Below the pieces are notes generated by a model that was not told where the DNA came from, did not search any database, and worked only from the letters and a program-made list of their open reading frames with translations. This document shows positions 30,727-41,611 of a stretch of 64,000 bases of DNA, in pieces. The translations under genes were made by a program, and so were the position numbers. Origin of the DNA: Parasphingorhabdus sp. (lineage in GTDB: Bacteria > Pseudomonadota > Gammaproteobacteria > Arenicellales > CAJQKF01); the NCBI GenBank assembly GCA_047615875.1, contig JBLHGU010000002.1, forward strand, positions 649 to 64,648. Reading direction: 5' to 3'. Numbering within the stretch: the stretch's first letter is position 1; every line of letters starts with the position of its first letter.

Positions 30727-31395
30727 CTAATTTACAGGCAACCAACGTCGCAAAACTACTTTAACTTCTAGCTTGTCTCCCAGGTCAGCACCCTCTTCAT
30801 CAACCAGATGGACTGTTCCTGGCAAAGCCGTTAAAAACATTTTTCTCGGCACAACTAATCCTAATCGCTCAGTATAATCCAGGTATCGAACATCCCAGCC
30901 ATCCTGCTGAAAGGCCAGCGCCTTGCCATCTGCTCCAAGCTCAAGATGCTTTACCGGCCCTGGCATGGGCACACCTTTCATCCAGAAGTTCATCGCATTG
31001 AATGGCACATGCCAACCTACTCGGCGGTACAGTAAGAGTTCGGCGTTTTTATCTTCAAAGTAGTTTTTCTTGTTGTCACGCAAATTGGCACCTTGATGGT
31101 TCTGGGCAATTACCGCACGACCACCACCAAACGGCCCATACATTTCAATTCGATGATCAGATTGCTTGCGTAGCCAGAGAAAGGTTGCACTGCCTCCATC
31201 ATCTGCCGTGCGAACCGCCATTTTGCCCTTAATATCCCAACTATCAACATCTTCCATGTCTTCAAGATGTTGTTGCCAGGCTTTTTCGATGTCTGGTGAC
31301 ATCACCGCACCACCCGGCTTTTTTATCGTTGCACATGCAGAAAGCGATAAAACTATCAGAGCCAGTCCCATTCGACGCAGAATTAGTCGACTCAT
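30727..31395 (-). CDS. lolB: outer-membrane lipoprotein insertion protein LolB
   Basis: Lipobox LSAC; GPFG, WMKG.P, QDGW.V.Y; upstream of ispE. Confidence 0.88.
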   Translation of the reverse strand: MSRLILRRMGLALIVLSLSACATIKKPGGAVMSPDIEKAWQQHLEDMEDVDSWDIKGKMAVRTADDGGSATFLWLRKQSDHRIEMYGPFGGGRAVIAQNHQGANLRDNKKNYFEDKNAELLLYRRVGWHVPFNAMNFWMKGVPMPGPVKHLELGADGKALAFQQDGWDVRYLDYTERLGLVVPRKMFLTALPGTVHLVDEEGADLGDKLEVKVVLRRWLPVN

Positions 31396-33179
31396 TGTTG
31401 TTTTAATCTTTTTAGCGTGCTCTTTAGCGTCTGGTTTTGCGGATATTTATCAATACTTTTTCGCCAGACCTCCTCAGCCTCATTTTGCTGTCCATCGACC
31501 CACAGCACCTCTCCAAGGTGTGCGGCAATTTCTGCATCTTGTCGTATGGAAATTGCTCGGCGTAAATAGTTTATAGCTTCCTTCAAGCGCCCCAACCTAA
31601 AGTTAACCCAACCCATGCTGTCCAGAATGAAAGGGTCATCAGGGGCGAGGCTTAGCGCGTGAGTTATTAGTTTAAATGCTTCTTCTACCCGTGGGGTCTG
31701 GTCAGCCAGCGTATACCCAAGTGCGTTGTAGGCATGGGCATTATCTGGATCGAGTTCAATCACACGCCGAATATCTGATTCATGCAACTCGAGCAAATTA
31801 AGTTCCGCCGCCAATAATGCGCGCGAATAGTGCAGTTCACTGTTATCGGGCAATTCCTGTATGGCTGCATCCATCAGTCGCTTGGCTTCATCGAACCGAC
31901 CCGAATCTCGCAAAAATCGCTCCTGGGCGAGATATATCTGTACTTCCTCTTCGGAATTTGCCGGGATTAATTCATACAGATGATTCAGAGCGGCATCAAT
32001 TCCATCGATTTCTCTAATCGCCGTTCCAATGCGTATTTGCGCATCCATATAGTAGCGCTCGTCACGAATTCGGCTAAACCAGTCGACAGCAGCAATATAA
32101 TCTTCGCTATCCATTTCGACCTGCCCAAGATAAAGTCGAGCTTGATCATCAGTTGGCTTTATTTTTAGATAGCGCTGCAAATAGCGGCGAGCAACAGGGT
32201 ACTGCTGTAACTGCATGCGTACGATTGCGCCCGCTAATAACGCCTCGCTATTCTGAGGATTCTTGCGAATTAACCAGCTGAAATGCTTTTGCGCTTCAGA
32301 CATCTGACGCTGGCCTACCATATAGCGCCCGAACCTGCCTCGAAGATCATCGGCATCCGGGTTTCGGGCTAAAAAACCATCGACAAACTTCTTAACATTC
32401 CTCCAGGTATCCTGATTGACCAGGTAGGAGAAATTTACCAGCGCCGCCTCCTGCCAGTCCGGGCGTAATTGCAACGCTCGGTTAATTGACTGCTTCAGCA
32501 CAGGCATATTTGCGCCACGACTGGCTAAGTAAGCAAGCGCATAGAAGGCTTCTGAATTGTCTGGAAATTGACTCGAAAGCTGCTTAAAAGCCTCTATGTA
32601 CTTGCCTGGTTCCGGCTGTCGCGCAAAAACTTCACTGGCGTTATTAAAAACCCTGGCAACATCAACTGATGGATCGGATAAGAGTTGACTAATTAACGCA
32701 ATACCTTCTTCGCTCCGTTCTAGCAACATGAGTGCCTGAACTCTGGAAAACACCGCCCGCATAGAAGTTGGTTCAAGTTCGCCGAGAAGCTCAGCCATCT
32801 GCAATGCAATGTCACCATACTTGCCGTGCATAGCTAATCTGAAGGCACGCCTGACAATATCGGTATCACGGCTTGACTGGGCTAGTCGTACCAGGGCTTG
32901 CACCGACTCATCGGCGAATCCGCGACGAGCGGCAATATCTGACAACAAATATTCGTAAACGAAATCAGCTGATAAGGGCTTTGCTTCGGTGATAACCTCA
33001 TTGACTGATTCAACCACAGCAGTATCAGGTGCCTCGACCGACTGATTCACAGTGGTTGCAACACAACCACTTAACCATATCGGCAAAACCATCAGGCTTT
33101 GGCGAAAAAACATCGTCAATCTAGATGCAGCAAATTGTGGTGGAATTACAAGATTCAATTTAAAATGGCCGAACTTCAA
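31392..33179 (-). CDS. TPR-repeat lipoprotein
   Basis: Lipobox LSGC; NALGYTLAD, DSMGWV, EIAAHLGEVLW; conserved neighbour of lolB. Confidence 0.88.
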   Translation of the reverse strand: MKFGHFKLNLVIPPQFAASRLTMFFRQSLMVLPIWLSGCVATTVNQSVEAPDTAVVESVNEVITEAKPLSADFVYEYLLSDIAARRGFADESVQALVRLAQSSRDTDIVRRAFRLAMHGKYGDIALQMAELLGELEPTSMRAVFSRVQALMLLERSEEGIALISQLLSDPSVDVARVFNNASEVFARQPEPGKYIEAFKQLSSQFPDNSEAFYALAYLASRGANMPVLKQSINRALQLRPDWQEAALVNFSYLVNQDTWRNVKKFVDGFLARNPDADDLRGRFGRYMVGQRQMSEAQKHFSWLIRKNPQNSEALLAGAIVRMQLQQYPVARRYLQRYLKIKPTDDQARLYLGQVEMDSEDYIAAVDWFSRIRDERYYMDAQIRIGTAIREIDGIDAALNHLYELIPANSEEEVQIYLAQERFLRDSGRFDEAKRLMDAAIQELPDNSELHYSRALLAAELNLLELHESDIRRVIELDPDNAHAYNALGYTLADQTPRVEEAFKLITHALSLAPDDPFILDSMGWVNFRLGRLKEAINYLRRAISIRQDAEIAAHLGEVLWVDGQQNEAEEVWRKSIDKYPQNQTLKSTLKRLKQQ

Positions 33180-33265
33180 GATAATTCACCCGAGAATAGC
33201 AAAATTCCACACCTAGGTGGGTGAAGGGATTGATACTATTCACCCTTTCCTCTGACAAACACTAA

Positions 33266-34882
33266 ATGAATAGTTTGTTTCTACTGTTAATCGGTAGCGT
33301 CGTTCTACTGCTTGGACACCTGTACTGGCACCGGCTATTAGTTGCGTTCCGATTTCGCCCTCTGGTTGGGGCGGATTACCGTGGGCTCGAAAACTTCGCC
33401 AGTAGTTTGCCTGCTGGGGCTATTATTTACGCCATCGGGGCGGTAATAAGTCTTGCCTGGGGTTGGGCACCATTATTTGTTTGGCTGCTGATAGCCGGGA
33501 CATTTGTTGGTGGCTTCGCCCATGGCGTAGTCGACTGGCTAACGGCTAACCATGCAGGCTATGGGGGATTGGAACTATTTCGTCATTGTGCAGGCCGAGC
33601 CATCAGTTATTGCATGCGTAGCCTGCTAGTCCTTCTAACGCTATTTTTATCCGCCATCGTTTTACCAGCCAGTGTTGTCCTTCTGAAGAATCATCCTGAT
33701 GCGATTATAGCGATAATTTTACATGGATTGATTCTGCTTGGAGCTCACGCCCTACGCCAAAAACTAACCGAAAACCTGCACTCGGTTCTAATTCTAGCGG
33801 GATTATTGTTAATCCTCCCGGCACTTAGCTTGTTAGCCAATCTGGACCTGGACCTGGATTATCTCGCCACTAACAGTAAATCCGTAATAGTCGGTTTCTC
33901 AGCCATCATCCTGATTTTCATTGTATTAGCCAGCAACCGAGACCAACGAGGCTATAGCAACTTGTCAGCCAGAATCGTCATGGGAGCTATTTTTACGCTT
34001 TTCCTGGTGGTTCTACTTGCACTATTAATTCAACGACCAGCACTTGAATTCCTCAGTTACTATGAAAATCCCCAGCTTGGCAACGCCATGCCGTCGATTA
34101 CTGCCGTAGTTAGTCTGGTCGCGCTGGGATTAATACCCAAGTTCGCGATCACCCAGGAAAATGCTGGCGAGCCAGCAGTGGCTGGTGGAGTACTAAAATC
34201 GGCTAGTAGCGTCGAATCTCTTTGGGTTTTGCTACTGCTGGTTATTCTTTTGTCATTCGTCTCACTGAACCCTGAAAGGGTAAATGAACTGCCGGACTGG
34301 AGCACTACGGTCCTGCCAGATCAGTTTCTGAGCTTAATTACCAATGCGCTTCAGCAAACTACTGCAGTGCTAGGATTACCTGAACAGGCCATGGGAAGTT
34401 TCGTGACCTATCTGTTTATTATTCTTAGCTGGCACTTCCTAGTCAATAATCATCGAGGATTTATGAGCGCAGCTAGCATACCGAATTCGAATTTGTCATT
34501 ACTCAATAGCTCCCGGGGCATCAGCATTCTATACTGCCTGATTGTTTTAGCACTGACAGTGACAATGTTGCTATGGCCTGTGTCATTGCAAATCTGGATA
34601 GTATTTGGCGTCGCAGCATTCTTGCTGCTGAATCTGGTTATTGTCAGCGGCGCGTTAGCTGCGCTGCGATTGCATCAGTCAAATGGCCTAATATCAATTC
34701 TGGCACTATGCCTCTCCGGTTTTTTCTGGTGGCTAATTGCGCAACAAATGTGGGTCGCTGCCAGCCACGAATCCTGGCCCACACTGTTGTTTATAACGCT
34801 TCTGGCTGGGATCGGTATATGGGCCCATGGTAATGCTGTTCGACAAGTTGTAGAGTTGAATCGACGCCGACTGGCACATTAA
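33266..34882 (+). CDS. polytopic membrane protein, divergent CstA-like transporter
   Basis: Many TM helices; GAVISLAWGWAPLFVWLLIAGTFVGGFAH resembles the CstA GWLPxxLWIxxGxIFxGAVHD segment. Confidence 0.6.
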   Translation: MNSLFLLLIGSVVLLLGHLYWHRLLVAFRFRPLVGADYRGLENFASSLPAGAIIYAIGAVISLAWGWAPLFVWLLIAGTFVGGFAHGVVDWLTANHAGYGGLELFRHCAGRAISYCMRSLLVLLTLFLSAIVLPASVVLLKNHPDAIIAIILHGLILLGAHALRQKLTENLHSVLILAGLLLILPALSLLANLDLDLDYLATNSKSVIVGFSAIILIFIVLASNRDQRGYSNLSARIVMGAIFTLFLVVLLALLIQRPALEFLSYYENPQLGNAMPSITAVVSLVALGLIPKFAITQENAGEPAVAGGVLKSASSVESLWVLLLLVILLSFVSLNPERVNELPDWSTTVLPDQFLSLITNALQQTTAVLGLPEQAMGSFVTYLFIILSWHFLVNNHRGFMSAASIPNSNLSLLNSSRGISILYCLIVLALTVTMLLWPVSLQIWIVFGVAAFLLLNLVIVSGALAALRLHQSNGLISILALCLSGFFWWLIAQQMWVAASHESWPTLLFITLLAGIGIWAHGNAVRQVVELNRRRLAH

Positions 34883-35000
34883 ATACCCGACCAGCCAATA
34901 CTGATACCTTCTTTAACGAGGCGATAGTACCCAATCCCAGCTTGACAAGTGTCGGGCGTAAGGGTAAATACCCGATGATCTATGCTTTATTTTCAATGAC

Positions 35001-36254
35001 ATGCATCTCCTCGCCTTCGGCCTGAATCACAATACCGCCAGTGTTGGCGTACGCGAACGAGCTGCATTTGTTTCTGACGACCTGGATAAAGCAGTTCGCA
35101 GCCTGAGTGAAAGTGATGGGGTAAGTGAAGCGACTATTCTGTCTACCTGCAATCGCACGGAAATATATTGTCGTCAGAAGGATGCAGACAGCGGCCTGAT
35201 CAGTCGCTGGATGAGCCGCTATAGCGACCTGGATGAAAACGAATTAAAAAGCGCAACCTATGGTTATCCTGATCAGGATGCGGTCAAACACGCTTTCAGA
35301 GTAGCCTCAGGACTCGATTCCATGGTGCTGGGCGAGCCACAAATACTCGGTCAAATGAAGGATGCTTTTGCCGTTGCGCATCGTGCTGGCGCAACAGGAA
35401 AAATCCTTAACCGTTTGTTTCAGCATACATTTTCTGTCGCCAAACAGGTCCGTACTGATACCGCAGTTGGAGCTAGTGCCGTTTCAGTTGCCTATGCTGC
35501 AGTAGATCTTGCTAAACATATATTTAGCGATCTGTCAGAACAGACTGTATTGTTAATTGGGGCTGGAGAAACCATAGAACTAGTCGCCAGACATCTGTTA
35601 GTGCAAGGTGTGAAAAACATTATTGTGGCGAATCGCACGATTGAACGGGCTGAAACCCTGGCGCAACAAATTAATAGCGAAGCGATATCTCTGGCGGAAA
35701 TTCCGACCCGTTTAGCCGAAGCGGATATTCTGGTTGCCTCTACCGCTAGCACACTGCCAATCCTTGGTAAGGGTGCTGTGGAAAGCGCCATTAAAGCCCG
35801 GCGTCATAAGCCGATGTTTATGGTAGATCTCGCCGTGCCCAGAGATATCGAACCTGAGGTAGGTAATCTGCGTGATGTATATTTGTACACTGTCGATGAC
35901 CTGTCTGATGTAATCGACCGAAACTTAAGCGCCCGACGTGAAGCGGCGCTTGAGGCCGAAAAAATTATTGACCTTCAGGTGGTCCGATTTATGCACTGGA
36001 TGAAGTCTCTAGACTCAGTGCCAACGATCAAGGCCTTTAGGCAACAACTAGACACGCTACGTGAGAGCGAACTGGAACAGGCCTTGAAACGCCTGGAATC
36101 CGGTGCCGAACCGCGCCAAATTCTGGAACACCTTTCGCGTTCCCTGACCAATAAATTCAGCCATCAACCTAGCCAGGTACTGCGTGCAGCCGACGAAAGT
36201 GGTAACGCCCACTTAATTGCTGCTCTGCATAAGCTGTTCGAAATAAAGTCCTGA
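35001..36254 (+). CDS. hemA: glutamyl-tRNA reductase
   Basis: [36 protein letters not shown]. Confidence 0.97.
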   Translation: MHLLAFGLNHNTASVGVRERAAFVSDDLDKAVRSLSESDGVSEATILSTCNRTEIYCRQKDADSGLISRWMSRYSDLDENELKSATYGYPDQDAVKHAFRVASGLDSMVLGEPQILGQMKDAFAVAHRAGATGKILNRLFQHTFSVAKQVRTDTAVGASAVSVAYAAVDLAKHIFSDLSEQTVLLIGAGETIELVARHLLVQGVKNIIVANRTIERAETLAQQINSEAISLAEIPTRLAEADILVASTASTLPILGKGAVESAIKARRHKPMFMVDLAVPRDIEPEVGNLRDVYLYTVDDLSDVIDRNLSARREAALEAEKIIDLQVVRFMHWMKSLDSVPTIKAFRQQLDTLRESELEQALKRLESGAEPRQILEHLSRSLTNKFSHQPSQVLRAADESGNAHLIAALHKLFEIKS

Positions 36255-36258
36255 ACCA

Positions 36259-37341
36259 ATGAATCCAAGTTTATTAGCCAAGCTCGACAATTTGGGCGAG
36301 CGAGAAGAAGAAATTAATGCCCTTCTCTCTGACCCCAGCACTTTTGAACAACAGGATCTGTTCAAAAAATTATCCATCGAATTATCAGACATCTCTCCGG
36401 TAGTACAACTCTATCAACAGCTTAGGGAGATCACTGAAGAACTGGATGAAACTCGCGCCATGCTGAAGGACGATGATCCGTCTATTCGTGATATGGCTCA
36501 ACAGGAATTGCCAGAACTAAACAGCAGGCTTGAGGGCACAGAAGCTCAACTGCAAAAACTGCTACTGCCTAAAGATCCCAATGACGAACGTAATATATTT
36601 TTGGAAATTCGCGCTGGTACGGGCGGCAATGAGGCGGCACTTTTTTCCGGTGACTTGTTTCGTATGTATAGTATTTTTGCCGAACACGTCGGCTGGAAAG
36701 TAGAGGTGATGAGCAAAAGTGATGGTGAGGCTGGCGGCTATAAGGAAATTATTTCGCGAATAGTCGGTCGTGGTGCCTATTCACGCCTAAAGTTTGAATC
36801 CGGAGCCCATCGAGTTCAGCGAGTTCCAGAAACTGAAACCCAGGGACGCATCCATACGTCAGCATGTACTGTTGCGATTCTGCCTGAGGCAGATGACATC
36901 GACGAAATTGAAATCGAAGCCAGTGATCTGAGAGTAGATACTTTTCGTGCCTCGGGCTCAGGTGGTCAGCATGTCAATAAGACTGATTCCGCTATCCGGC
37001 TGACGCATCTGCCAAGCGGCGTCGTCGTTGAATGTCAAGATGAACGCTCACAGCATAAGAATCGCGCAAGGGCTATGAGTATTTTAAAGTCTCGATTATT
37101 AGAGGCGGAGGTTAATAAACAGCAAAGCGAGGAGGCACAAACTCGCCGACAATTGGTTGGTAGTGGCGATCGGTCAGAGCGCATTCGGACTTATAACTAT
37201 CCTCAGAATCGAGTCACCGATCATCGAATCAACCTGACCCTGTATAAACTTGAAGAAATTCTGTCTGGTCATCTAGATCAGGTTATTGGGCCGCTGACCA
37301 CTGAATTCCAGGCTGACCAACTGGCAGCACTTTCCAACTGA
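36259..37341 (+). CDS. prfA: peptide chain release factor 1
   Basis: PET tripeptide, GGQ motif, RTYNYPQ. Confidence 0.97.
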   Translation: MNPSLLAKLDNLGEREEEINALLSDPSTFEQQDLFKKLSIELSDISPVVQLYQQLREITEELDETRAMLKDDDPSIRDMAQQELPELNSRLEGTEAQLQKLLLPKDPNDERNIFLEIRAGTGGNEAALFSGDLFRMYSIFAEHVGWKVEVMSKSDGEAGGYKEIISRIVGRGAYSRLKFESGAHRVQRVPETETQGRIHTSACTVAILPEADDIDEIEIEASDLRVDTFRASGSGGQHVNKTDSAIRLTHLPSGVVVECQDERSQHKNRARAMSILKSRLLEAEVNKQQSEEAQTRRQLVGSGDRSERIRTYNYPQNRVTDHRINLTLYKLEEILSGHLDQVIGPLTTEFQADQLAALSN

Positions 37342-37342
37342 C

Positions 37343-38218
37343 TTGAACCAACCATCCCCACCAGCTACCGCGCTAGCCTGGTGCCTCTGGGCAACTGATC
37401 AACTAAACCCGACCAGTGATACGGCGCGTCTCGATGCAGAAGTTTTGTATATGCATGCCACTGGAAATAATCGGGTCAAACTAATGAGTCATCCCGAGCA
37501 ATCTATTCCGTGGAATGCCGGGGAATTGTTGTCTTCACTATTACAAAAAAGGCTTTCGGGTGAGCCAGTCGCCTACCTTACTGGTAGCCGCGAATTCTGG
37601 TCTCTCGACATAAAGGTTAACTCTGACTGTCTGATTCCTCGACCGGAAACAGAGTTGCTAGTGGAATGGGCACTTGCACAGATACCCGATAACTCAGAGC
37701 TGAGAATTCTGGATCTTGGTACCGGTAGTGGGGCAATCGCACTGGCCATTGCCTCGGAAAGGCCAACTTGTAAAATTACCGCGATCGATCAATCCGCTGC
37801 ATGCATCGATCTGGCCAGGAGCAATGCCGAAAAGCATAAATTGCGTAATATAAAATGGATACAAAGTGACTGGTTTAGTGCCCTCCCCCAGCGTCAGATC
37901 TATGATCTGATTTTAAGTAACCCTCCCTATGTTTCAGAGCAGGATCCATTGTTGAACCAGGGAGATGTAGCAAAAGAACCACGTGCGGCGTTAACATCTG
38001 GAGTAGATGGACTTGTCGATATCAGACAAATCTTAATGCAGTCTCATCGATATTTAAAAAGTAGCGGCGCGATAGGTTTAGAGCATGGCTTTATGCAAAG
38101 CGAGGAGGTCAGAAAACTCCTCAATACACATAACTTTTATAACGTTAAGAGTTTAGTTGATCTGGTCGGGCATGAGCGTATTTCGATAGGATTCGCGGGT
38201 TCTACTTCAAAGCCCTGA
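37343..38218 (+). CDS. prmC: release factor glutamine methyltransferase
   Basis: LIPRPETE, DLGTGSG, SNPPY. Confidence 0.95.
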   Translation: MNQPSPPATALAWCLWATDQLNPTSDTARLDAEVLYMHATGNNRVKLMSHPEQSIPWNAGELLSSLLQKRLSGEPVAYLTGSREFWSLDIKVNSDCLIPRPETELLVEWALAQIPDNSELRILDLGTGSGAIALAIASERPTCKITAIDQSAACIDLARSNAEKHKLRNIKWIQSDWFSALPQRQIYDLILSNPPYVSEQDPLLNQGDVAKEPRAALTSGVDGLVDIRQILMQSHRYLKSSGAIGLEHGFMQSEEVRKLLNTHNFYNVKSLVDLVGHERISIGFAGSTSKP

Positions 38219-38252
38219 TTCAATCTATCGAGCTTTCAGTCGTTCCAGGATC

Positions 38253-38615
38253 TTAAATCACGCCACTTTCTAACGGGGCAAACATTCGCTCCATCAATTT
38301 TTTGAAATCACGTTCTCCGATATGTTCAAACTCAGCAAATTTCAAGCCAATTCCATGGGGTTGCCGAAAGCGTCGTCGCCAGGTTACAACCGCAGTGGCA
38401 GAAACTGCCTCTTCATCAACCGGATAAAAATCCAAACGCAATATGCTGCCAATCGGATAGTTTTCATCAGTGACTAGAAACATACCACCAAAACTGCAGT
38501 TTTCCGCAATCCCGCGAAGATAGTTACTGGACACACTGGAATTGCCGTCGATTCCGTAAACCACTTCAATATCAGAGGTCACTCGAGGGTATTTTCGAAA
38601 ATCCGAACTCTTCAT
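38253..38615 (-). CDS. single-domain PilZ protein
   Basis: RKYPR (RxxxR) and NCSFGG (D/NxSxxG); start taken at MKSSDF since the longer ORF overlaps msrA. Confidence 0.8.
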   Translation of the reverse strand: MKSSDFRKYPRVTSDIEVVYGIDGNSSVSSNYLRGIAENCSFGGMFLVTDENYPIGSILRLDFYPVDEEAVSATAVVTWRRRFRQPHGIGLKFAEFEHIGERDFKKLMERMFAPLESGVI

Positions 38616-38847
38616 GGTAGTAAATCCGTTATTTTTATCATAGGTTGAGTTTACCACCATAAGATCTGGCATTTTCTCTATCCATGAAGTCAAAAGGTTT
38701 GGGTAGTCATTCTCGTTTTTCCTGTGCCAATCATAAACTATCGTCAACGTCTTTCGATACTTTAAATAACCCAGACCACAAATTCGCAGTTGCACATAAT
38801 GGCTTGCAGCGGTAACTTCTCTATCCAAAGCATTACCAGGAAAACTC

Positions 38848-39483
38848 ATGTTCTTTGCTCGCGAAAAATCCACCATAGTGAAAGCCAACGATGCTCTCCC
38901 CGGCCGAAAAGAGCCGTTAAAACTAGTCAATAGACACTTCGTTCACCAGCATCCCATAGTGCCGCCGTTTCCCGAGGGACTTGTGCAAACAGTATTTGCT
39001 ATGGGCTGTTTCTGGGGGGCCGAAAGACGCTTTTGGGTATTGGATGGTGTCTACTCTAGCGCCGTGGGCTATTGTGCAGGATATACAGAGAACCCCACTT
39101 ATCAGGAAGTTTGTTCTGGGCAGACAGGCCATACAGAAGCTGTTCTGGTTGTTTACGATGCCGATATAATTTCCTATGACGAGTTGCTCAAGGTGTTCTG
39201 GGAGTCTCATAACCCAACTCAAGGTATGCGCCAGGGTAATGATGTTGGTAGTCAATACCGGTCTGGACTATATACAACCGATAAAATTCAGCAGCAGCAA
39301 GCCCTGGATAGCAAAAATGTCTTTCAACAGGCCTTGGGGCAGTCCGGGCAATCAGCTATCAGCACCGAGATTCGGCTGTTGCAAGAGTTCTACTATGCTG
39401 AGGATTCCCACCAGCAATATCTGGCGAAAAACCCCCAGGGATATTGTGGCCTGGAGGGCACCGGGATTTGTTACCCTGCTTGA
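38848..39483 (+). CDS. msrA: peptide methionine sulfoxide reductase A
   Basis: [30 protein letters not shown]. Confidence 0.96.
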   Translation: MFFAREKSTIVKANDALPGRKEPLKLVNRHFVHQHPIVPPFPEGLVQTVFAMGCFWGAERRFWVLDGVYSSAVGYCAGYTENPTYQEVCSGQTGHTEAVLVVYDADIISYDELLKVFWESHNPTQGMRQGNDVGSQYRSGLYTTDKIQQQQALDSKNVFQQALGQSGQSAISTEIRLLQEFYYAEDSHQQYLAKNPQGYCGLEGTGICYPA

Positions 39484-39556
39484 GTGTGTTGTTTAATAAA
39501 TTACCAGCCAACCATTTTATAATTTTTCATCACTTTCCGACCTCCACTAATTTTTC

Positions 39557-41611
39557 ATGACTCTCGACCAGAATATGCAGCAGGTGAACCAAAACCCTAA
39601 CTCCAGTGCACTTCGAGTGGTCATGTTTTCTGGGGGACGTGGTTCCAGTGCGTTAACGCGCCAGCTGGCCCAGGATCCGGACGTTCACCTGCAAATTTTA
39701 ATCAATGGTTACGATGACGGTCTATCTACCGGGGAAGTGCGTTACTACCTGGGCAATTGCCTGGGCCCGTCAGATTTTCGTAAAAATGCCTCGCGTTTGG
39801 CGGAGGCTCTGGGGAGCTGTCCTGCCGAGCTAATAAGTATTCTGGATTATAGATTTCCCGACCCCGCCAGTAATGAACTGGTCGGTGCTGTGCTACAAAC
39901 CCTGTGCAATCTGGAAGCACAACATGACGATAATTTCTTCAAACAGGTACAACAAAACTTTCATAACCTTGAACCCGCACACCGGCTGGCAATAGCTGAA
40001 CGTTTAAAGCCATTTGTGGACAGAGGGCAGGATAATTTCAACTTTAATGACTGTAGTCTAGGAAATCTCGTTTTCGCTGGTGGCTTTTTACGCTGCAATC
40101 AGGATTTCAATACAACAGTCGCAGACTATTGCGACATGTTGGGATTACCTACAGGCTTAATTCTCAATGTCACAAACGGAGAAAACGGGTTTTTAGTAGC
40201 ATTGGAGAAAAGTGGACAATTTCTTTCCAGTGAAGCTGAAATAGTTAACAGTGACAATCCAAGTCAAATTGAGGATATTTTTCTGATAAATGAACCAGCT
40301 ATTCATAACCCTGAAAAGGAAACATTATTCCAGGCTGCAACCTTAGAAAAATATCTAAATGAACATGACTGTCCGGTCAGTCTAAGTAGTGAAGCCGGAG
40401 ACGCCATCAGCCATGCTGATTTGATCATTTATGCGCCAGGAACCCAATATTCGAGTTTGCTGCCCTCATATATGACTCCAGAATTGGGGCTCTGCGTGGC
40501 CTCCAATTTGACTGCACGGAAGATGCTTATCACGAACATCCATGAGGATGCCGAGACACAAGATGCCAGCGCCGTGGACATTATCGAGCAGGCGCTATTT
40601 TATTTGCGTGAAAAGAATAAACATCAATTCCCTGCGCCACTCCTCATCACCCACTATCTTGTAAATACCCCTGGCAAAGTATCTGACGAAAGTCTTTATA
40701 TGCAGCCTGGCCAGATAGAATCTATCGAAGACCCGCGCTTAATAAGAATTGGCAATTATGAAGAAGGCATAACCGGCAAGCACCAACCGGAAAAACTATT
40801 AGCTCCGTTCATCACCGCCATTTTGAAATCTCGCAGGCGCTTCCAGGTGGCAGTTCTACTAATGGATACGGTGTCCCTGAATAAAACCACGCAAACTCTC
40901 CTCGAAATGGTGCGTGCGCAAACCTTCAATCTGGATTCAGATATAACCATTTACTACTGCGGCGAACACAATAAACATGTGGCAGAAAATCCTGACCTTA
41001 AACTGAAAGTGCGTTGTGTACAAACCGAGAATATATTGCCCAATGATGCATTGGTAAAACAAGCTCTCGATGACGAAATGGACTTCCTTTGTCTCTGTGA
41101 GTCTTCCGGCATGTATCACGGGCACGATATTGTGGCGCTATTATCTAACTTAAACCAGGACCCAGTTGATGGAGTTTGGGGCAGCCGCAGATTATCTGTT
41201 CACGACATTCAATCCTCCTATAAGTTTCGCTATAACCGAAAACGACTTAAAGGCATGGTCAGTTATTTTGGCAGCCACCTTTTAAGCCTCACTTATCTGC
41301 TACTTTACGGTCGGTATATTTCCGATACCCTTTCCGGCTTACGACTATTGCGAGCAGATTTTTTTCATGACATGCCGGTCAGCGCAGATGACGCTTGCTT
41401 CAATCAACATCTTCTAAGCAGACTATTAAAGGGCAAAGGCAAGGTTTTTGAAGTTCCGGTGGAATTCCTTCCGATGTCACCGGAGAAGGTAAAACGCACA
41501 ACAGTTAACATCGGGCTTCGCAGTTTGATGGTAATTATTAAGCAGCGATTCAATAGTCAGGAAGCCAACGGCCGAATTAACAAACGAGCTGTGGAAGATT
41601 CTGCTCGATAA
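39557..41611 (+). CDS. YvcK/CofD-family domain fused to a degenerate GT2 domain
   Basis: SGGRG, YDDGLSTG, GPSDFR, SLGNL, ADLIIYAPGTQYSSL; C-terminal VWGSRR, ISDTLSG, EVPVEF. Confidence 0.8.
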   Translation: MTLDQNMQQVNQNPNSSALRVVMFSGGRGSSALTRQLAQDPDVHLQILINGYDDGLSTGEVRYYLGNCLGPSDFRKNASRLAEALGSCPAELISILDYRFPDPASNELVGAVLQTLCNLEAQHDDNFFKQVQQNFHNLEPAHRLAIAERLKPFVDRGQDNFNFNDCSLGNLVFAGGFLRCNQDFNTTVADYCDMLGLPTGLILNVTNGENGFLVALEKSGQFLSSEAEIVNSDNPSQIEDIFLINEPAIHNPEKETLFQAATLEKYLNEHDCPVSLSSEAGDAISHADLIIYAPGTQYSSLLPSYMTPELGLCVASNLTARKMLITNIHEDAETQDASAVDIIEQALFYLREKNKHQFPAPLLITHYLVNTPGKVSDESLYMQPGQIESIEDPRLIRIGNYEEGITGKHQPEKLLAPFITAILKSRRRFQVAVLLMDTVSLNKTTQTLLEMVRAQTFNLDSDITIYYCGEHNKHVAENPDLKLKVRCVQTENILPNDALVKQALDDEMDFLCLCESSGMYHGHDIVALLSNLNQDPVDGVWGSRRLSVHDIQSSYKFRYNRKRLKGMVSYFGSHLLSLTYLLLYGRYISDTLSGLRLLRADFFHDMPVSADDACFNQHLLSRLLKGKGKVFEVPVEFLPMSPEKVKRTTVNIGLRSLMVIIKQRFNSQEANGRINKRAVEDSAR

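Noticed and set aside
38616-38930. N-terminal 100 aa of the 225-aa ORF
   Set aside because: It overlaps msrA antisense; the PilZ domain starts at MKSSDFRKYPR.
39557-41611. Coenzyme F420 biosynthesis (cofD) or GAK-system assignment
   Set aside because: No cofC/E/G/H, ATP-grasp or HprK-like neighbours; the motifs are YvcK-like and the context is glycosyltransferases.
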